DNA of 57,269 nucleotides. Source: Planctomycetota bacterium. GTDB lineage: Bacteria; Planctomycetota; JACQVX01. Location: NCBI GenBank assembly GCA_016209495.1, contig JACQVX010000187.1:1-57269 (forward strand), in the 5' to 3' direction. The translations under genes and the position numbers were made by a program. The notes under the pieces were generated by a model. The model was not told the DNA's origin and did not search any database. It saw only the letters and a program-made list of their open reading frames with translations. Each line of letters begins with the position of its first letter. Positions within the stretch are counted from its first letter, which is position 1. Of the stretch, positions 35,049 through 43,722 are shown one piece after another.

Positions 35049-35986
35049 GGCAGGGCGACCCCGCGCTCCAGCGCGAGGGCCACCACCCAGCCCACCTGGG
35101 CCAGGGCCGCGTGGGCCTCGGCCCAGGGCCGCAGCTTCGCACGCCCCGGGGCTGGCGCGGCAACCAGGCGCAAGGACGCCCAGACAGGCAGGCAGGCCGC
35201 GGTCCCGAGGAGGAGGGGCAGACCCCAACCCAGGCCGGCCCCCCGTGCGACCCATGCCCCCAGGGAGGCGGAGCCCAGGGCGAAGACCGCGCAGAGGAGG
35301 GCGGCGGCGCGCCAGCCCAGGGCCCTGGAGTAGGTCGGGTAGGCGGTCTCCGCCTCCGGGAGCCGCAGCTTGCGGGAGGTCTCCCAGGCGGCCGCCTGGA
35401 GCCAGAAGGCCACCAGCAGGGCCCAGGTGCCCTCCGGCGGCCGCGCCACGTGGAGGTCCCCCAGGGCCACCGAGGCGGCGTAGGCCGCGATGACCAGGGC
35501 GAGGGGGTTGTGCGTGACGAAGGTCGCGAGCAGGCTCCGGGCGATGGCGGGGCAGAAGAACCAGCGGCCCGAGAGCCACACGAGGCCGAGGGCCGTGGCG
35601 AAGGCGGCCCCCGGGAGGGGCCAGCCCAGGCGCAGGTTCAGGAGCAGGGCGGCGAGCGAGGCCACCCACCAGAGGAGCTGGAGGTCCAGGGGGGTCACAC
35701 GCCCCTCCACGAGCGGCCGCCCCCGGAAGGCCGGGTCGCCCGCGGTCGCCAGGCGCAGGTCCGTCTCCAGGTCCTTCAATTCATCCTGAACGCGCAGGAG
35801 CAGGGCCAGGAGGATCACCGTGGCCGATCCGGGGAGCGACCGCCAGCCCAGCAGGACCGGGCCTTCCCATGCCAGGGCCTGGACGGCCAGATAGACCGCC
35901 AGGAAGTGGACCACCCCCATGGGGACCGTGAGCCGGAGGGGGAAGGTCTCGTCCAGGTAGACCGCCAGCCTCCGGATCCAGCTCAC
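35045..35986 (-). CDS. polytopic membrane protein, UbiA-prenyltransferase-like candidate
   Basis: GTG 35986 overlaps the MMPL stop (GTGA). It has about 9 TM helices in 313 aa. An Asp-rich motif QDELKDLETD follows TM2. The assignment rests on topology plus one motif, so it is tentative. Confidence 0.5.
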   Translation of the reverse strand: MSWIRRLAVYLDETFPLRLTVPMGVVHFLAVYLAVQALAWEGPVLLGWRSLPGSATVILLALLLRVQDELKDLETDLRLATAGDPAFRGRPLVEGRVTPLDLQLLWWVASLAALLLNLRLGWPLPGAAFATALGLVWLSGRWFFCPAIARSLLATFVTHNPLALVIAAYAASVALGDLHVARPPEGTWALLVAFWLQAAAWETSRKLRLPEAETAYPTYSRALGWRAAALLCAVFALGSASLGAWVARGAGLGWGLPLLLGTAACLPVWASLRLVAAPAPGRAKLRPWAEAHAALAQVGWVVALALERGVALP

Positions 35987-38286
35987 GGGCTCCCCTCGCG
36001 AGGGCCCACGGGCGGACGCCAGGCCGCCAGGAGCACCGGGGTGAGGAAGACGTCGGCGAAGATGGCGACGAAGAGGGTCAGGCCGGCGACCAGGCCCAGG
36101 AAGGCCGTCCCCTGGAACCGCGAGAGGCAGAGGATCAGGAACCCGAAGGCGACCGAGGTGGAGGTGACGAACATGGGGAGCCCCGTCTCCCGGAGCACGG
36201 CCAGGGAGGCCTCCCGGTGGGCCGCCTCCACCCCTCGCCCACGCAGCTCCAGGTAGCGCCCACGGAATCGCGCCAGGAACTGGATCGTGTCGTCGTCGGC
36301 GATGACCAGGACCATGGAGAAGACCAGCACCGTGGAAGGGCGTAGCGGGATGCCCGCCAGGCCCATGAGGGCCAGGAGCACGGCCACCGGGGCCAGGTTG
36401 GGCACCAGGCCGACGACCGCCAGCCGCGCGCTCCGGAGGACGAGCCCGAAGACCAGGAGGGTCACGAGGACCGCCGCCCCCAGGCTCCGGGCCAGCCCCG
36501 CGGTGAGGAGGGTGGTGACCCGATCCGCGATGGCCAGCACCCCGGTGACGTGGGCCCGGTACCCCGGGGGCGCCTCCGCGCGCACCCAGGCCTCCAGGTC
36601 CGCCACCAGGGCGCGCACCTGGTACGAGGGCATGTCCGGGAGGTGGGCCAGGGCCGCCGCCCGCGTCCGGTCGAAGGAGAGGACGTCCCGGAGCAGCCTC
36701 CCGTCGTCGATGAACTCCAGCTCCTGGGCCGCCGCCTCGCGGCTGGGCGGGAGCCCCCCGTCCGCCTCCGCCTGGACCGGACCCGCCAGGAGACGGTGGG
36801 CCTTCCGCAGGAAGCTGGCGGGGCTCTGGGCATTCCGCACCCCGGGCAGGGTCTCCAGCCGGGCCTCGGCCCGGTCCAGGAAGCGCAGGGCCTCCGGGGC
36901 CAGGGCGTCGGCGCCGCTCGAGCCGGGCTCCAGGTAGATGGCCAGGGGCACGACGCCCCCGTGCACCTCCTCGGCGTAGCGCAGCCTCTGGACCAGCGGG
37001 GAGTCGGGCCAGAGGTCGTCGAAGACATAGTGCAGGGTGCGCACCCGGCTCCCCGCCGCCAGGGAGAGCCCCACCACCGTCGCGGCGACCACGGCCACCC
37101 GGGCGGGGCGCAGGGTCACCTGCCGTTCCACCCAGCCCAGGAAGCGGCTCAGGGCGCCGAGGAGCGCGGGGGGCCTCCCCGCGGGGGCGGGGGCCGCTTC
37201 CGGGCCCAGGGAGAGGGCCAGGGGGAGGACGCTCATGTTGGCGGCCCAGGTGAGCAGCATCCCGGCCGCGGTCACCATGCCGAACTCGAAGATGGCCACG
37301 ATGTTCACCAGGCCCATGGTGACGAACCCCGCGGCGATGGTGAGCTCCGTGAGAAGGCAGGGCACGGCGCTCTCGGCGCAGGCGGCGGCCAGGGCCTCGA
37401 GTCGGGTACGGCCCGCGGCGTGGCGGCGGTGGAAGTCGTTGACCACGTGCACCGTGTCGGAGACGGAGATGATGAGGACCACGATGGGGCTGAAGGAGCT
37501 GAGGACCGCGACGGGCACCCCCACCGCGCCCATGAGACCCAGGGTCCAGACCACGGAGGCCACGATGGTCAGCGTGGCCGCCGCCACGGTGCGGGCGCTG
37601 CGATAGGCCGCCACCAGGATGGCCAGGACCCCCAGCAGGGCCAGCGGGAGGAGCACCGCCGCGTCCTTGTTGACCATCACGATGTAGTCGGCCCGGATGA
37701 CCGGGATGCCCGTGAGGACCAGCCGCCCCCAGTCCCCCCGGCGCTCGTCGAGGAGGGCCGTGGCCGCCCGGTGGAACTCGGCGCGGTCCTCGGGCCGGGA
37801 CCCCTCGCGCACCTGCAGGCCCACCTCCACCGCCGCCACCGGGCGGTCGGGGTGGGCGAGCCGGTGGGCGAAGAGGGGGTCCTCGCGGGCCCTGCGCACA
37901 CGGGCCTCGAGAGCCTCCCCGCTCCGCTCCCCCGGGGGGAAGAGGGGCTCCAGGGAGATGCCCGTCTCGTCCCCCACCACGTCGTCCACCGAGAGCGGGC
38001 CGCGCACGTCCGCCACCCTGGGCAACCGGCGCAGCCCCTCCTCCAGGAGGCGCAGCCTCTCCAGCCCCTCCGGGGTCCAGAGGTCCGCCGCCTCCACCAG
38101 GACCACGGCCCGGGCGTCCTCGTAGGGGAAGGCGGCCCGGTAGCGGTCGCAGACCTCCCGGGCCGGGTCCCGCACGGGGAACATGTGCTCGATGGACGCG
38201 TCGGTGCGAAGACGCGAGACCCCCGCCAGCGACAGGCCACACGCGACGGCCAGGACGGCTGTCGCGAGGGCCCTCCGGCGGAGCAT
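35983..38286 (-). CDS. MMPL / RND-superfamily exporter (COG1033-type, 2 x 6 TM with two periplasmic loops)
   Basis: ATG 38286 (MLRRRALATAVLAVACGLSLAG). There are two homologous halves, each a large loop followed by a TM bundle (…LLPLALLGVLAILVAAYRS…SVSDTVHVVNDF… and …VLVTLLVFGLVLRS…VIADDDTIQFLARF…). Confidence 0.85.
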   Translation of the reverse strand: MLRRRALATAVLAVACGLSLAGVSRLRTDASIEHMFPVRDPAREVCDRYRAAFPYEDARAVVLVEAADLWTPEGLERLRLLEEGLRRLPRVADVRGPLSVDDVVGDETGISLEPLFPPGERSGEALEARVRRAREDPLFAHRLAHPDRPVAAVEVGLQVREGSRPEDRAEFHRAATALLDERRGDWGRLVLTGIPVIRADYIVMVNKDAAVLLPLALLGVLAILVAAYRSARTVAAATLTIVASVVWTLGLMGAVGVPVAVLSSFSPIVVLIISVSDTVHVVNDFHRRHAAGRTRLEALAAACAESAVPCLLTELTIAAGFVTMGLVNIVAIFEFGMVTAAGMLLTWAANMSVLPLALSLGPEAAPAPAGRPPALLGALSRFLGWVERQVTLRPARVAVVAATVVGLSLAAGSRVRTLHYVFDDLWPDSPLVQRLRYAEEVHGGVVPLAIYLEPGSSGADALAPEALRFLDRAEARLETLPGVRNAQSPASFLRKAHRLLAGPVQAEADGGLPPSREAAAQELEFIDDGRLLRDVLSFDRTRAAALAHLPDMPSYQVRALVADLEAWVRAEAPPGYRAHVTGVLAIADRVTTLLTAGLARSLGAAVLVTLLVFGLVLRSARLAVVGLVPNLAPVAVLLALMGLAGIPLRPSTVLVFSMVLVIADDDTIQFLARFRGRYLELRGRGVEAAHREASLAVLRETGLPMFVTSTSVAFGFLILCLSRFQGTAFLGLVAGLTLFVAIFADVFLTPVLLAAWRPPVGPREGSP

Positions 38287-38309
38287 GGCCCCGAAGAGGG
38301 CCTCCAGGC

Positions 38310-39632
38310 TCAAGACCCCGCCCCGCGCGGGGACACCACCACCGGCGTCCCGTGGACCGGCGTCGTGATAATGCCCTTGCGCCGCGCCCGGAGGGTGGGG
38401 GTCCCCGCCAGGCGCAGGTCCACTCGTGCGAGGACCGTGGCCAGGATCACCTGCATCTCGTAGACGGCGAAGGGGGCCCCGACGCAGAGCCGTCCCCCGC
38501 CCCCGAAGGGATAGAACGCCGAGGCCGTGGGCCTGGGCCCCAGGAACCGCTCGGGCCGGAAGCGGAGCGGGTCCGGGTGGACCCGCGGGTCCCGGTGGGT
38601 GAGCCAGGGGCTGGGGCAGACGTGGGTCCCGGCGGGGACCTCCAGGCCGTCCAGGGCCGCCGGGGCCGCCAGCCAGCGCAGGGCGATGGGGATGGGCGGG
38701 TGGAGCCGCAGGGTCTCCTGCACCACCGCCTCCAGGTAGCGCAACGACGCGACTCGCCCCGGGTCGAAGGGCCCCTCCCCCAGCTCCTCCCGGATGCGCC
38801 CCAGGACCCCCGGCGTGCGGAGGACCCGCAGGAAGGCCCAGGCCAGGGCCGCGGTGGTGGTCTCGTGGCCCGCCCCCAGGAGGGTCATGAGCTCGTCCCG
38901 CAGGCCTTCTTCCCCCCAGGTCCCCAGGGCGCCCTCCTCCGCCACCAGGCGGGCAAGGATGTCCTCCCTCCCCTGGGGCGCGCGGTGGGCCTCCCGGATG
39001 GCCTCCACGAGCAGGGTGTGGAAACGCGCGCGCGCTGCGAGGAAGCCGCCCCAGGGGCTCCACGGGCCCAGGTCCCTCCGGAGCGCCCCGACGAAGGGCA
39101 GGACGGCCCCGGCACGCCCGGTCATGCGTTCCACCAGCTCGCGCGCGCGCGCCAGGCGGCCCGGCTCCCGCTCCCCGAAGATGGCCCGGAGGATCACCTC
39201 CAGCGTCACCTCGTGCATGGCCGCCTCCAGGGGAAAGGCCCGGCCGCGCGGCCAGCGCCCCACCTCCTGCAGGCTGAGGTCCCGGATCAGCTCCCCGTAG
39301 GCCCGCATCCGCTCGCCGCGGAAGGGGCCCAGGAGCGGCCTCCGGTGGGCCCTGTGGGCCTCGCCGTCCAGGACGAACAGGGAGTGCTCCCCCAGGAAGG
39401 GCCGGAATCCCTGGTTGGCCTGGCCCGAGAGGAAGACCTCCGGTGGACCCCGGAAGACCGCCTGCACATCCGCCGGGTCCGAGACGATGAGGAAGGTGCG
39501 GCCCCCCACGAAGCGCAGGGTGAAGCGCCGGCCGTGGCGCCGGGCGCATTCGTCCAGGAAGGGGCCCGGCCGGCGGATCCAGGCCAGGGTCTGGAGCAGG
39601 GGCGGGAGCCGGGGGCCGGGGGGCAGTGCCAT
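38310..39632 (-). CDS. cytochrome P450
   Basis: Heme-binding loop FGGGGRLCVGAPFA, ExxR (ETLRLHP), I-helix-like LLGAGHETT, and N-terminal LPPGPRLPP. ATG 39632 is preferred over the upstream extension, which would overlap the divergent gene. Confidence 0.9.
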   Translation of the reverse strand: MALPPGPRLPPLLQTLAWIRRPGPFLDECARRHGRRFTLRFVGGRTFLIVSDPADVQAVFRGPPEVFLSGQANQGFRPFLGEHSLFVLDGEAHRAHRRPLLGPFRGERMRAYGELIRDLSLQEVGRWPRGRAFPLEAAMHEVTLEVILRAIFGEREPGRLARARELVERMTGRAGAVLPFVGALRRDLGPWSPWGGFLAARARFHTLLVEAIREAHRAPQGREDILARLVAEEGALGTWGEEGLRDELMTLLGAGHETTTAALAWAFLRVLRTPGVLGRIREELGEGPFDPGRVASLRYLEAVVQETLRLHPPIPIALRWLAAPAALDGLEVPAGTHVCPSPWLTHRDPRVHPDPLRFRPERFLGPRPTASAFYPFGGGGRLCVGAPFAVYEMQVILATVLARVDLRLAGTPTLRARRKGIITTPVHGTPVVVSPRGAGS

Positions 39633-39671
39633 GGGGAGTGACCGGAGTATACTGCCGCGTCCGGAGGGCAC

Positions 39672-40760
39672 GTGCAAACCTCCCCCATCGGCCCCGCGCG
39701 TCTACCGGAGTTCATCGACCTCGCCCGCCGCCTCTGCCGCGACGACCCGCGCCGGGTCCCTCCGCTCAGGCAGGTCCTGGAGGTCGAGCTGGGCGGCGGC
39801 GGGGCCTTCGCCCGCCGAGGCACGCTCCAGGCCTTCCTCTGCGAGGAGGGAGGCCGCCTCCTGGGCCGGGTGGCGGCCCTGATCCACCCCCGCCTCCTGG
39901 ACGTCGGCGGCGCCCCGGTGGGCCAGGTGGGGTACTTCGAGTGCGCCGACGACGAGGCGGCGGCCGGCTCCCTACTCGGGGCCGCCATGGGGTGGCTCCG
40001 CGCTCGCGGGTGCCGCGCGGCCTGGGGCCCCATGAACGGGGGGGCCCACCGCGCCCACCGCCTCATGACCCGGGGCCACGAGGGGGCACCCTTCCTCTTC
40101 GAGCCGCGCAACCCGCCGTACTACCCGCGGCTCTTCGAGGCCCACGGCTTCCGGCCCCTGCACCGCTGGTCCTCCTTCGAGCTGGACCGGGCCTCGGTGC
40201 GCCCCGTCCTGGGGGTCCTGGCGCGCGGGGCCCGCGGGGCCGAGGCCCGGGGGCTCTGCATCGACGCCCTGGACCCGCGGCGTGGAGGGGAGGTCATCGC
40301 CCGGCTCCACCGCATCCTGGACCGGGTCTGGGCGGGCCACGTGGGATACGTCCCCCTGGAGGCCGACGAGTTCGCCGAGGTCTTCGCCGGGGTCCTGGCC
40401 CTCATGACCGAACGGAACATCGGCGTGGTGGTGGACGCCGAGGGCCGCGACCTGGGCTGCGGCTTCACCTACCCCGACCGCGCCGCCGAGGCGCGGGCCC
40501 TGGACGGGGACGCCGCCGGCTGGGCCGCCGTGGCGGCGGGGCCGAGGCCGCGTCGGGTCGTCTACCATACGGTGGCCTTCCTCCCCGAGGCCCGCCGGAC
40601 CCAGGCCCCGTTCCTCCTCATGGAGCGCGGACTGCGCTACATGGTGGAGGACGGCTACGAGGAGTTCCTGGTGGCCCTGGTGACCGAGGAGCTGGGGCTC
40701 TTCCACCGGGTCGCCCAGCCCACGCGGGACTACGTCCTCTACGAGCGCGAGCTGACTTGA
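39672..40760 (+). CDS. GNAT-fold acyltransferase-like protein (putative)
   Basis: 362-aa ORF with good GC3 bias, divergent from the P450 gene (39-nt spacer). The segment VGYFECADDEAAAGSLLGAAMGWLRARGCRAAWGPMNG resembles the N-terminal half of large GNAT-type proteins. This is a weak assignment. Confidence 0.45.
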   Translation: MQTSPIGPARLPEFIDLARRLCRDDPRRVPPLRQVLEVELGGGGAFARRGTLQAFLCEEGGRLLGRVAALIHPRLLDVGGAPVGQVGYFECADDEAAAGSLLGAAMGWLRARGCRAAWGPMNGGAHRAHRLMTRGHEGAPFLFEPRNPPYYPRLFEAHGFRPLHRWSSFELDRASVRPVLGVLARGARGAEARGLCIDALDPRRGGEVIARLHRILDRVWAGHVGYVPLEADEFAEVFAGVLALMTERNIGVVVDAEGRDLGCGFTYPDRAAEARALDGDAAGWAAVAAGPRPRRVVYHTVAFLPEARRTQAPFLLMERGLRYMVEDGYEEFLVALVTEELGLFHRVAQPTRDYVLYERELT

Positions 40761-40866
40761 GGAGTCGCCGGACAATCACTGCGTGAAACACCGAGGCCGA
40801 TCGAGGCGGCCTAGGAGTCGTGAAAGAATCACTGCGTGAAACACCGAGGCCGAGCGAGGCGGCCTA
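40761..40866. repeat. tandem direct repeat, 2 x 53 nt (46/53 identical), each unit containing a AGGCCG..CGGCCT hairpin
   Basis: Unit A (40761-40813): GGAGTCGCCGGACAATCACTGCGTGAAACACCGAGGCCGATCGAGGCGGCCTA. Unit B (40814-40866): GGAGTCGTGAAAGAATCACTGCGTGAAACACCGAGGCCGAGCGAGGCGGCCTA. The repeat lies between convergent genes. The last 3 nt of unit B are the stop codon of the minus-strand gene. Confidence 0.85.
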
Positions 40867-42741
40867 GTCCGCCGCGCCTAGGATCCCGTGGTATCGCGCG
40901 GTCCAGTAGGCTGCCAGGTATCCCAGGGGCGCCACCTCCACCAGGGGCTGGTTCGCGCCGCCCCGGATCTTGCGGGGGTGTTCCTGCCAGACGAAGCGGT
41001 GGCGCTCGCGGCGGTCCAGGCCGAAGTGCCCCACGGCGTGGTTCCCGCCCCTGCCGAAGCGGTCGATCCAGGGGCTGGGCACCACGTAGGGCAGCGCCGA
41101 GTTGTCGATGACCACCGGGTGCCGGTCGTCGGGGTAGGTCGCCAGGGCCAGGCGCACCGACGCGGCCGCGCCGGGCCAGGGCCTCGCGCCCCAGCCGGCC
41201 TGGATGGCGTCGGCCCAGGCGTTCCCCTCCGAGGCCACGTCGCCCTGCACCCGGTCCAGCATCCGGCCGTAGGCCGAGCGCAGGGCTGGGTCCGTCTCCA
41301 GGTGGCAGGAGGTCGCCAGGGCCAGGAGGCTCAGGTTGAGGCCCACGTAGGAACGCATCTGGTGGGCCAGGTCCACAAGGCCCGCCGGGTGGAGGTGCGC
41401 CCCGTAGGTCGTGACGAGGCCGCGCAGCGTGCGCGCCGGGTCGGGGAGCCCCACCAGGTCCAGGACGTCCGCCAGGAGCCGGAGGTCCGCCAGGACCGCA
41501 TCCCGCTCGGCCTGGCGCGTGGGGTCGTTGAGCCAGGCCACCAGGCGCAGGGCCACGTCCCCCAGCCAGCGGGAGAGGCCCTGGGCCAGGGGCCCGGCCA
41601 GGGCCCGCACGGCCGCGTGCTGCCCCCGGGCCTGGAGCCAGAAGTCCAGGAGCTGCGCCAGGACGTCCGCCAGCCCCGCCAGGGCGGCGCGGACCGCCGG
41701 GAGGTTCCGGCCCCGCACGGCGTCCTCGAAGAGGGTGAGGTTGCGCTCCGCGTGGCCCAGGAGGTCCTTCGACCCCAGGAGGACGTGCCGCCGGTAGGCG
41801 GCGATGGCGGGGTCCGACGTGACGTGCTCCGCCACGGTGAAGAACATGAGGGCGCGCAGGGCCTCGCCGCCCCGCACCGGCGGCCCGCGCAGGGTGAGCA
41901 GGCGCTGGGCCAGGGCGGGCGAGTAGGGGACGGACCGGGCCAGGACGTTCAGGGGGAAGTCGTCCACCGTCGCCCAGGCCTGCGGGGTGATCTCGTCGGC
42001 GAAGAGGTTGTCCGGGTCCAGGTCGAAGTGGTGGAAGGGCGCCCCGGCGAAGGACCCGCGCAGGGCGAGGTCGTTCATCATGAGGTTGTAGGCGATGGCC
42101 CGGGCGTCCTCCCTCAGGGCCGCGCGGAGGGCCGGGTCCGCGATGACCTCCCAGGCCAGGCCGACGCCGTAGAACCAGCCGCTGTACTGGTCGCGGGAGA
42201 GGTCGCCCGTCTCGTAGTTCCATCGGGCGTAGGGCCCCTGGCCCGGCAGGCCGCCGGAGAGGAACCGCGGCTCGCCGAAGCCCCTGGTGATGAGCCCCGG
42301 GACGCCGGTGATGGCGTGCAGGTGGTGCAGGGCCCAGAGTGCGCGCTCCATGGCGGCGAGGGCGTCCGGGTCCCCGGTGGCGCGCCACCGCAGGGCCTCT
42401 ACCCCGGCCCAGGTCCCGGTCCAGATGGCCGCGTCCCCGTAGCCGTCGTAGCCCGCCACGCCGCCCGTGGCGTCCAGGCGAAGGTCCAGGACGAGGCCGT
42501 CGGGGGCATGATGGGCGGCCATGGCCTCCTCGAACCGGCGGGCCCGCTCGGCCAGGGGTCCCCGGGGCGGGACCGTGCCCGCGCCCGTGGAGGCCGCCGT
42601 CGTGGCCGCGGTGGCGGGGGCCTTGGCCGGGGCCGCGCCCGCCCCGCGGCGGCGGTCGAGCCCGGCGAGACGCTCGGCGGGACCGCACGCCGCGAGGAGG
42701 AAGAGGAGGGATGCCGAGGCATGGAGTCCACGCGAGGCCAT
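40864..42741 (-). CDS. hypothetical lipoprotein (625 aa)
   Basis: ATG 42741 gives MASRGLHASASLLFLLAACG (lipobox), then an Ala/Thr-rich linker and a large, mostly helical-looking domain. I recognise no family. The upstream 164 codons of the track ORF are a shadow. Confidence 0.65.
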   Translation of the reverse strand: MASRGLHASASLLFLLAACGPAERLAGLDRRRGAGAAPAKAPATAATTAASTGAGTVPPRGPLAERARRFEEAMAAHHAPDGLVLDLRLDATGGVAGYDGYGDAAIWTGTWAGVEALRWRATGDPDALAAMERALWALHHLHAITGVPGLITRGFGEPRFLSGGLPGQGPYARWNYETGDLSRDQYSGWFYGVGLAWEVIADPALRAALREDARAIAYNLMMNDLALRGSFAGAPFHHFDLDPDNLFADEITPQAWATVDDFPLNVLARSVPYSPALAQRLLTLRGPPVRGGEALRALMFFTVAEHVTSDPAIAAYRRHVLLGSKDLLGHAERNLTLFEDAVRGRNLPAVRAALAGLADVLAQLLDFWLQARGQHAAVRALAGPLAQGLSRWLGDVALRLVAWLNDPTRQAERDAVLADLRLLADVLDLVGLPDPARTLRGLVTTYGAHLHPAGLVDLAHQMRSYVGLNLSLLALATSCHLETDPALRSAYGRMLDRVQGDVASEGNAWADAIQAGWGARPWPGAAASVRLALATYPDDRHPVVIDNSALPYVVPSPWIDRFGRGGNHAVGHFGLDRRERHRFVWQEHPRKIRGGANQPLVEVAPLGYLAAYWTARYHGILGAAD

Positions 42742-42849
42742 GGAGGCCCTCCTTGGACCCGACTCCCTCGGGGGGGGGAATCCTACGAGCCCGGGGGGGG
42801 AGAGTCCAGTGGACGGGATCGGTGGCGACATCGTTTCGCCCATGCGAAC

Positions 42850-43281
42850 ATGCAGCCCGCCATGGCGCTCGTGACCACTGTGCTCTTCGCCTGCGTCCAC
42901 AACGCGGGACGTTCCCAGATGGCCGCCGCGTTCTTCAACGCCCTCGCCGACCCCGCGCGGGCCCGGGCCATCTCCGCGGGCACCGAGCCGGGGCAGCGCG
43001 TCCATCCGGAGGTCGTCGAGGTGATGCGCGAGGTCGGGATCGACCTCGAGCGCGCGCGGACCCGGAGGCTCACCTCCGACCTGGCATCGCGGGTGCAACT
43101 CCTCATCACAATGGGGTGTGGGGAGGCGTGCCCGACCGTGAGCGGCCTCCCGCGCGAGGACTGGTCGCTCCCCGATCCGAAGGGTCTGCCGCTGCCACGA
43201 GTCCGTGCGATCCGCGATGGGATCCGCGAGCACGTGCTCCGGCTGATCGACGCGAGGGACTGGGGTTGTGGGTTCCCTTGA
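42850..43281 (+). CDS. arsC: arsenate reductase, LMW-PTP (thioredoxin-coupled) type
   Basis: VLFACVHNAGRSQMA is the CX5R(S) P-loop of the LMW phosphatase/ArsC family. GCGEACP is typical of the ArsC subgroup. Only the last ~143 codons of track ORF 40888..43281 are real. ATG 42862 is an alternative start. Confidence 0.8.
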   Translation: MQPAMALVTTVLFACVHNAGRSQMAAAFFNALADPARARAISAGTEPGQRVHPEVVEVMREVGIDLERARTRRLTSDLASRVQLLITMGCGEACPTVSGLPREDWSLPDPKGLPLPRVRAIRDGIREHVLRLIDARDWGCGFP

Positions 43282-43307
43282 CGCCGAGTCGCCGCTAGGA
43301 TCCGGCC

Positions 43308-43529
43308 ATGCGTGGGTTCCGCCTCCTGGCCACGGCCCTGCTCCTGGCGAGCGTCACCGGTTGCACGTCCAGCGGCGAGCGGGAGCGCGTGGGACAGCCC
43401 TCGCGGCTGGAGGGACGCTACACCTGCCGCGTCCACCCGGAGGTGCGCCAGTCCGCCCCGGGAGATTGCCCCGTGTGCGGGGAGCCCCTGGAGCGGGACG
43501 GCGCCGGGTACGGTCGTCACGGGCGCTGA
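43308..43529 (+). CDS. small lipoprotein with heavy-metal-binding (YxCPMHP...CPxCG-like) domain
   Basis: Lipobox LLLASVTGC. YTCRVHPEVRQSAPGDCPVCGEPL resembles the Y-x-C-P-M-H-P-x5-P-G-x-C-P-x-C-G-M-x-L metal-binding motif seen on CusB/CopA-type proteins. Confidence 0.6.
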   Translation: MRGFRLLATALLLASVTGCTSSGERERVGQPSRLEGRYTCRVHPEVRQSAPGDCPVCGEPLERDGAGYGRHGR

Positions 43530-43545
43530 GGAAGGCGTCCCGGAC

Positions 43546-43722
43546 GTGGACCCGGGGCTCCGGGTCCGGGCGAAGCTCCGCTGGTGGCGATCCCTGAGAC
43601 CCCGGCGCGAGGTCCGGCGGGGCCTCGTCCTGGCGCTCTGGGCCTCGGCCACCGCGCTCCTGGCCCTGGAGCTGTCGGTCGCCGCGCTGCGGCTGACCGG
43701 TCTTTCCGGAGGCGCGGGGTGA
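43546..43722 (+). CDS. possible small membrane protein (58 aa)
   Basis: GTG 43546 opens a GC3-biased frame with one TM (GLVLALWASATALLALELSVAAL). Its TGA overlaps the GTG of the next gene (GTGA). There is no homology evidence. Confidence 0.3.
   Translation: MDPGLRVRAKLRWWRSLRPRREVRRGLVLALWASATALLALELSVAALRLTGLSGGAG

Noticed and set aside
26599-35163. 2854-aa ORF on the minus strand, which would be a giant protein
   Set aside because: Only the last 1104 codons (from ATG 29913) have recognisable domains. Upstream of that, the translation is Arg/Pro/Gly-rich low-complexity sequence. It lies antisense to the well-supported Kelch/HYR lipoprotein gene and crosses an intergenic region, so it is a GC-driven open frame.
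35045-39677. Long versions of track ORFs 35045..38242, 35983..39549 and 38310..39677, plus antisense 38352..39641 and 36550..38463
   Set aside because: Each real gene (UbiA-like, MMPL, P450) occupies only the 3' part of its frame. The upstream extensions overlap the preceding gene and translate to low-complexity sequence. The internal GTG/ATG starts coincide with the upstream stop codons.
40761-40866. Possible CRISPR array
   Set aside because: There are only two directly abutting 53-nt units with no unique spacers between them, and no cas genes in the window.
40888-43281. 797-aa plus-strand ORF
   Set aside because: Only the last ~143 codons (arsC, CX5R motif) are credible. The remainder is antisense to the 625-aa lipoprotein gene.
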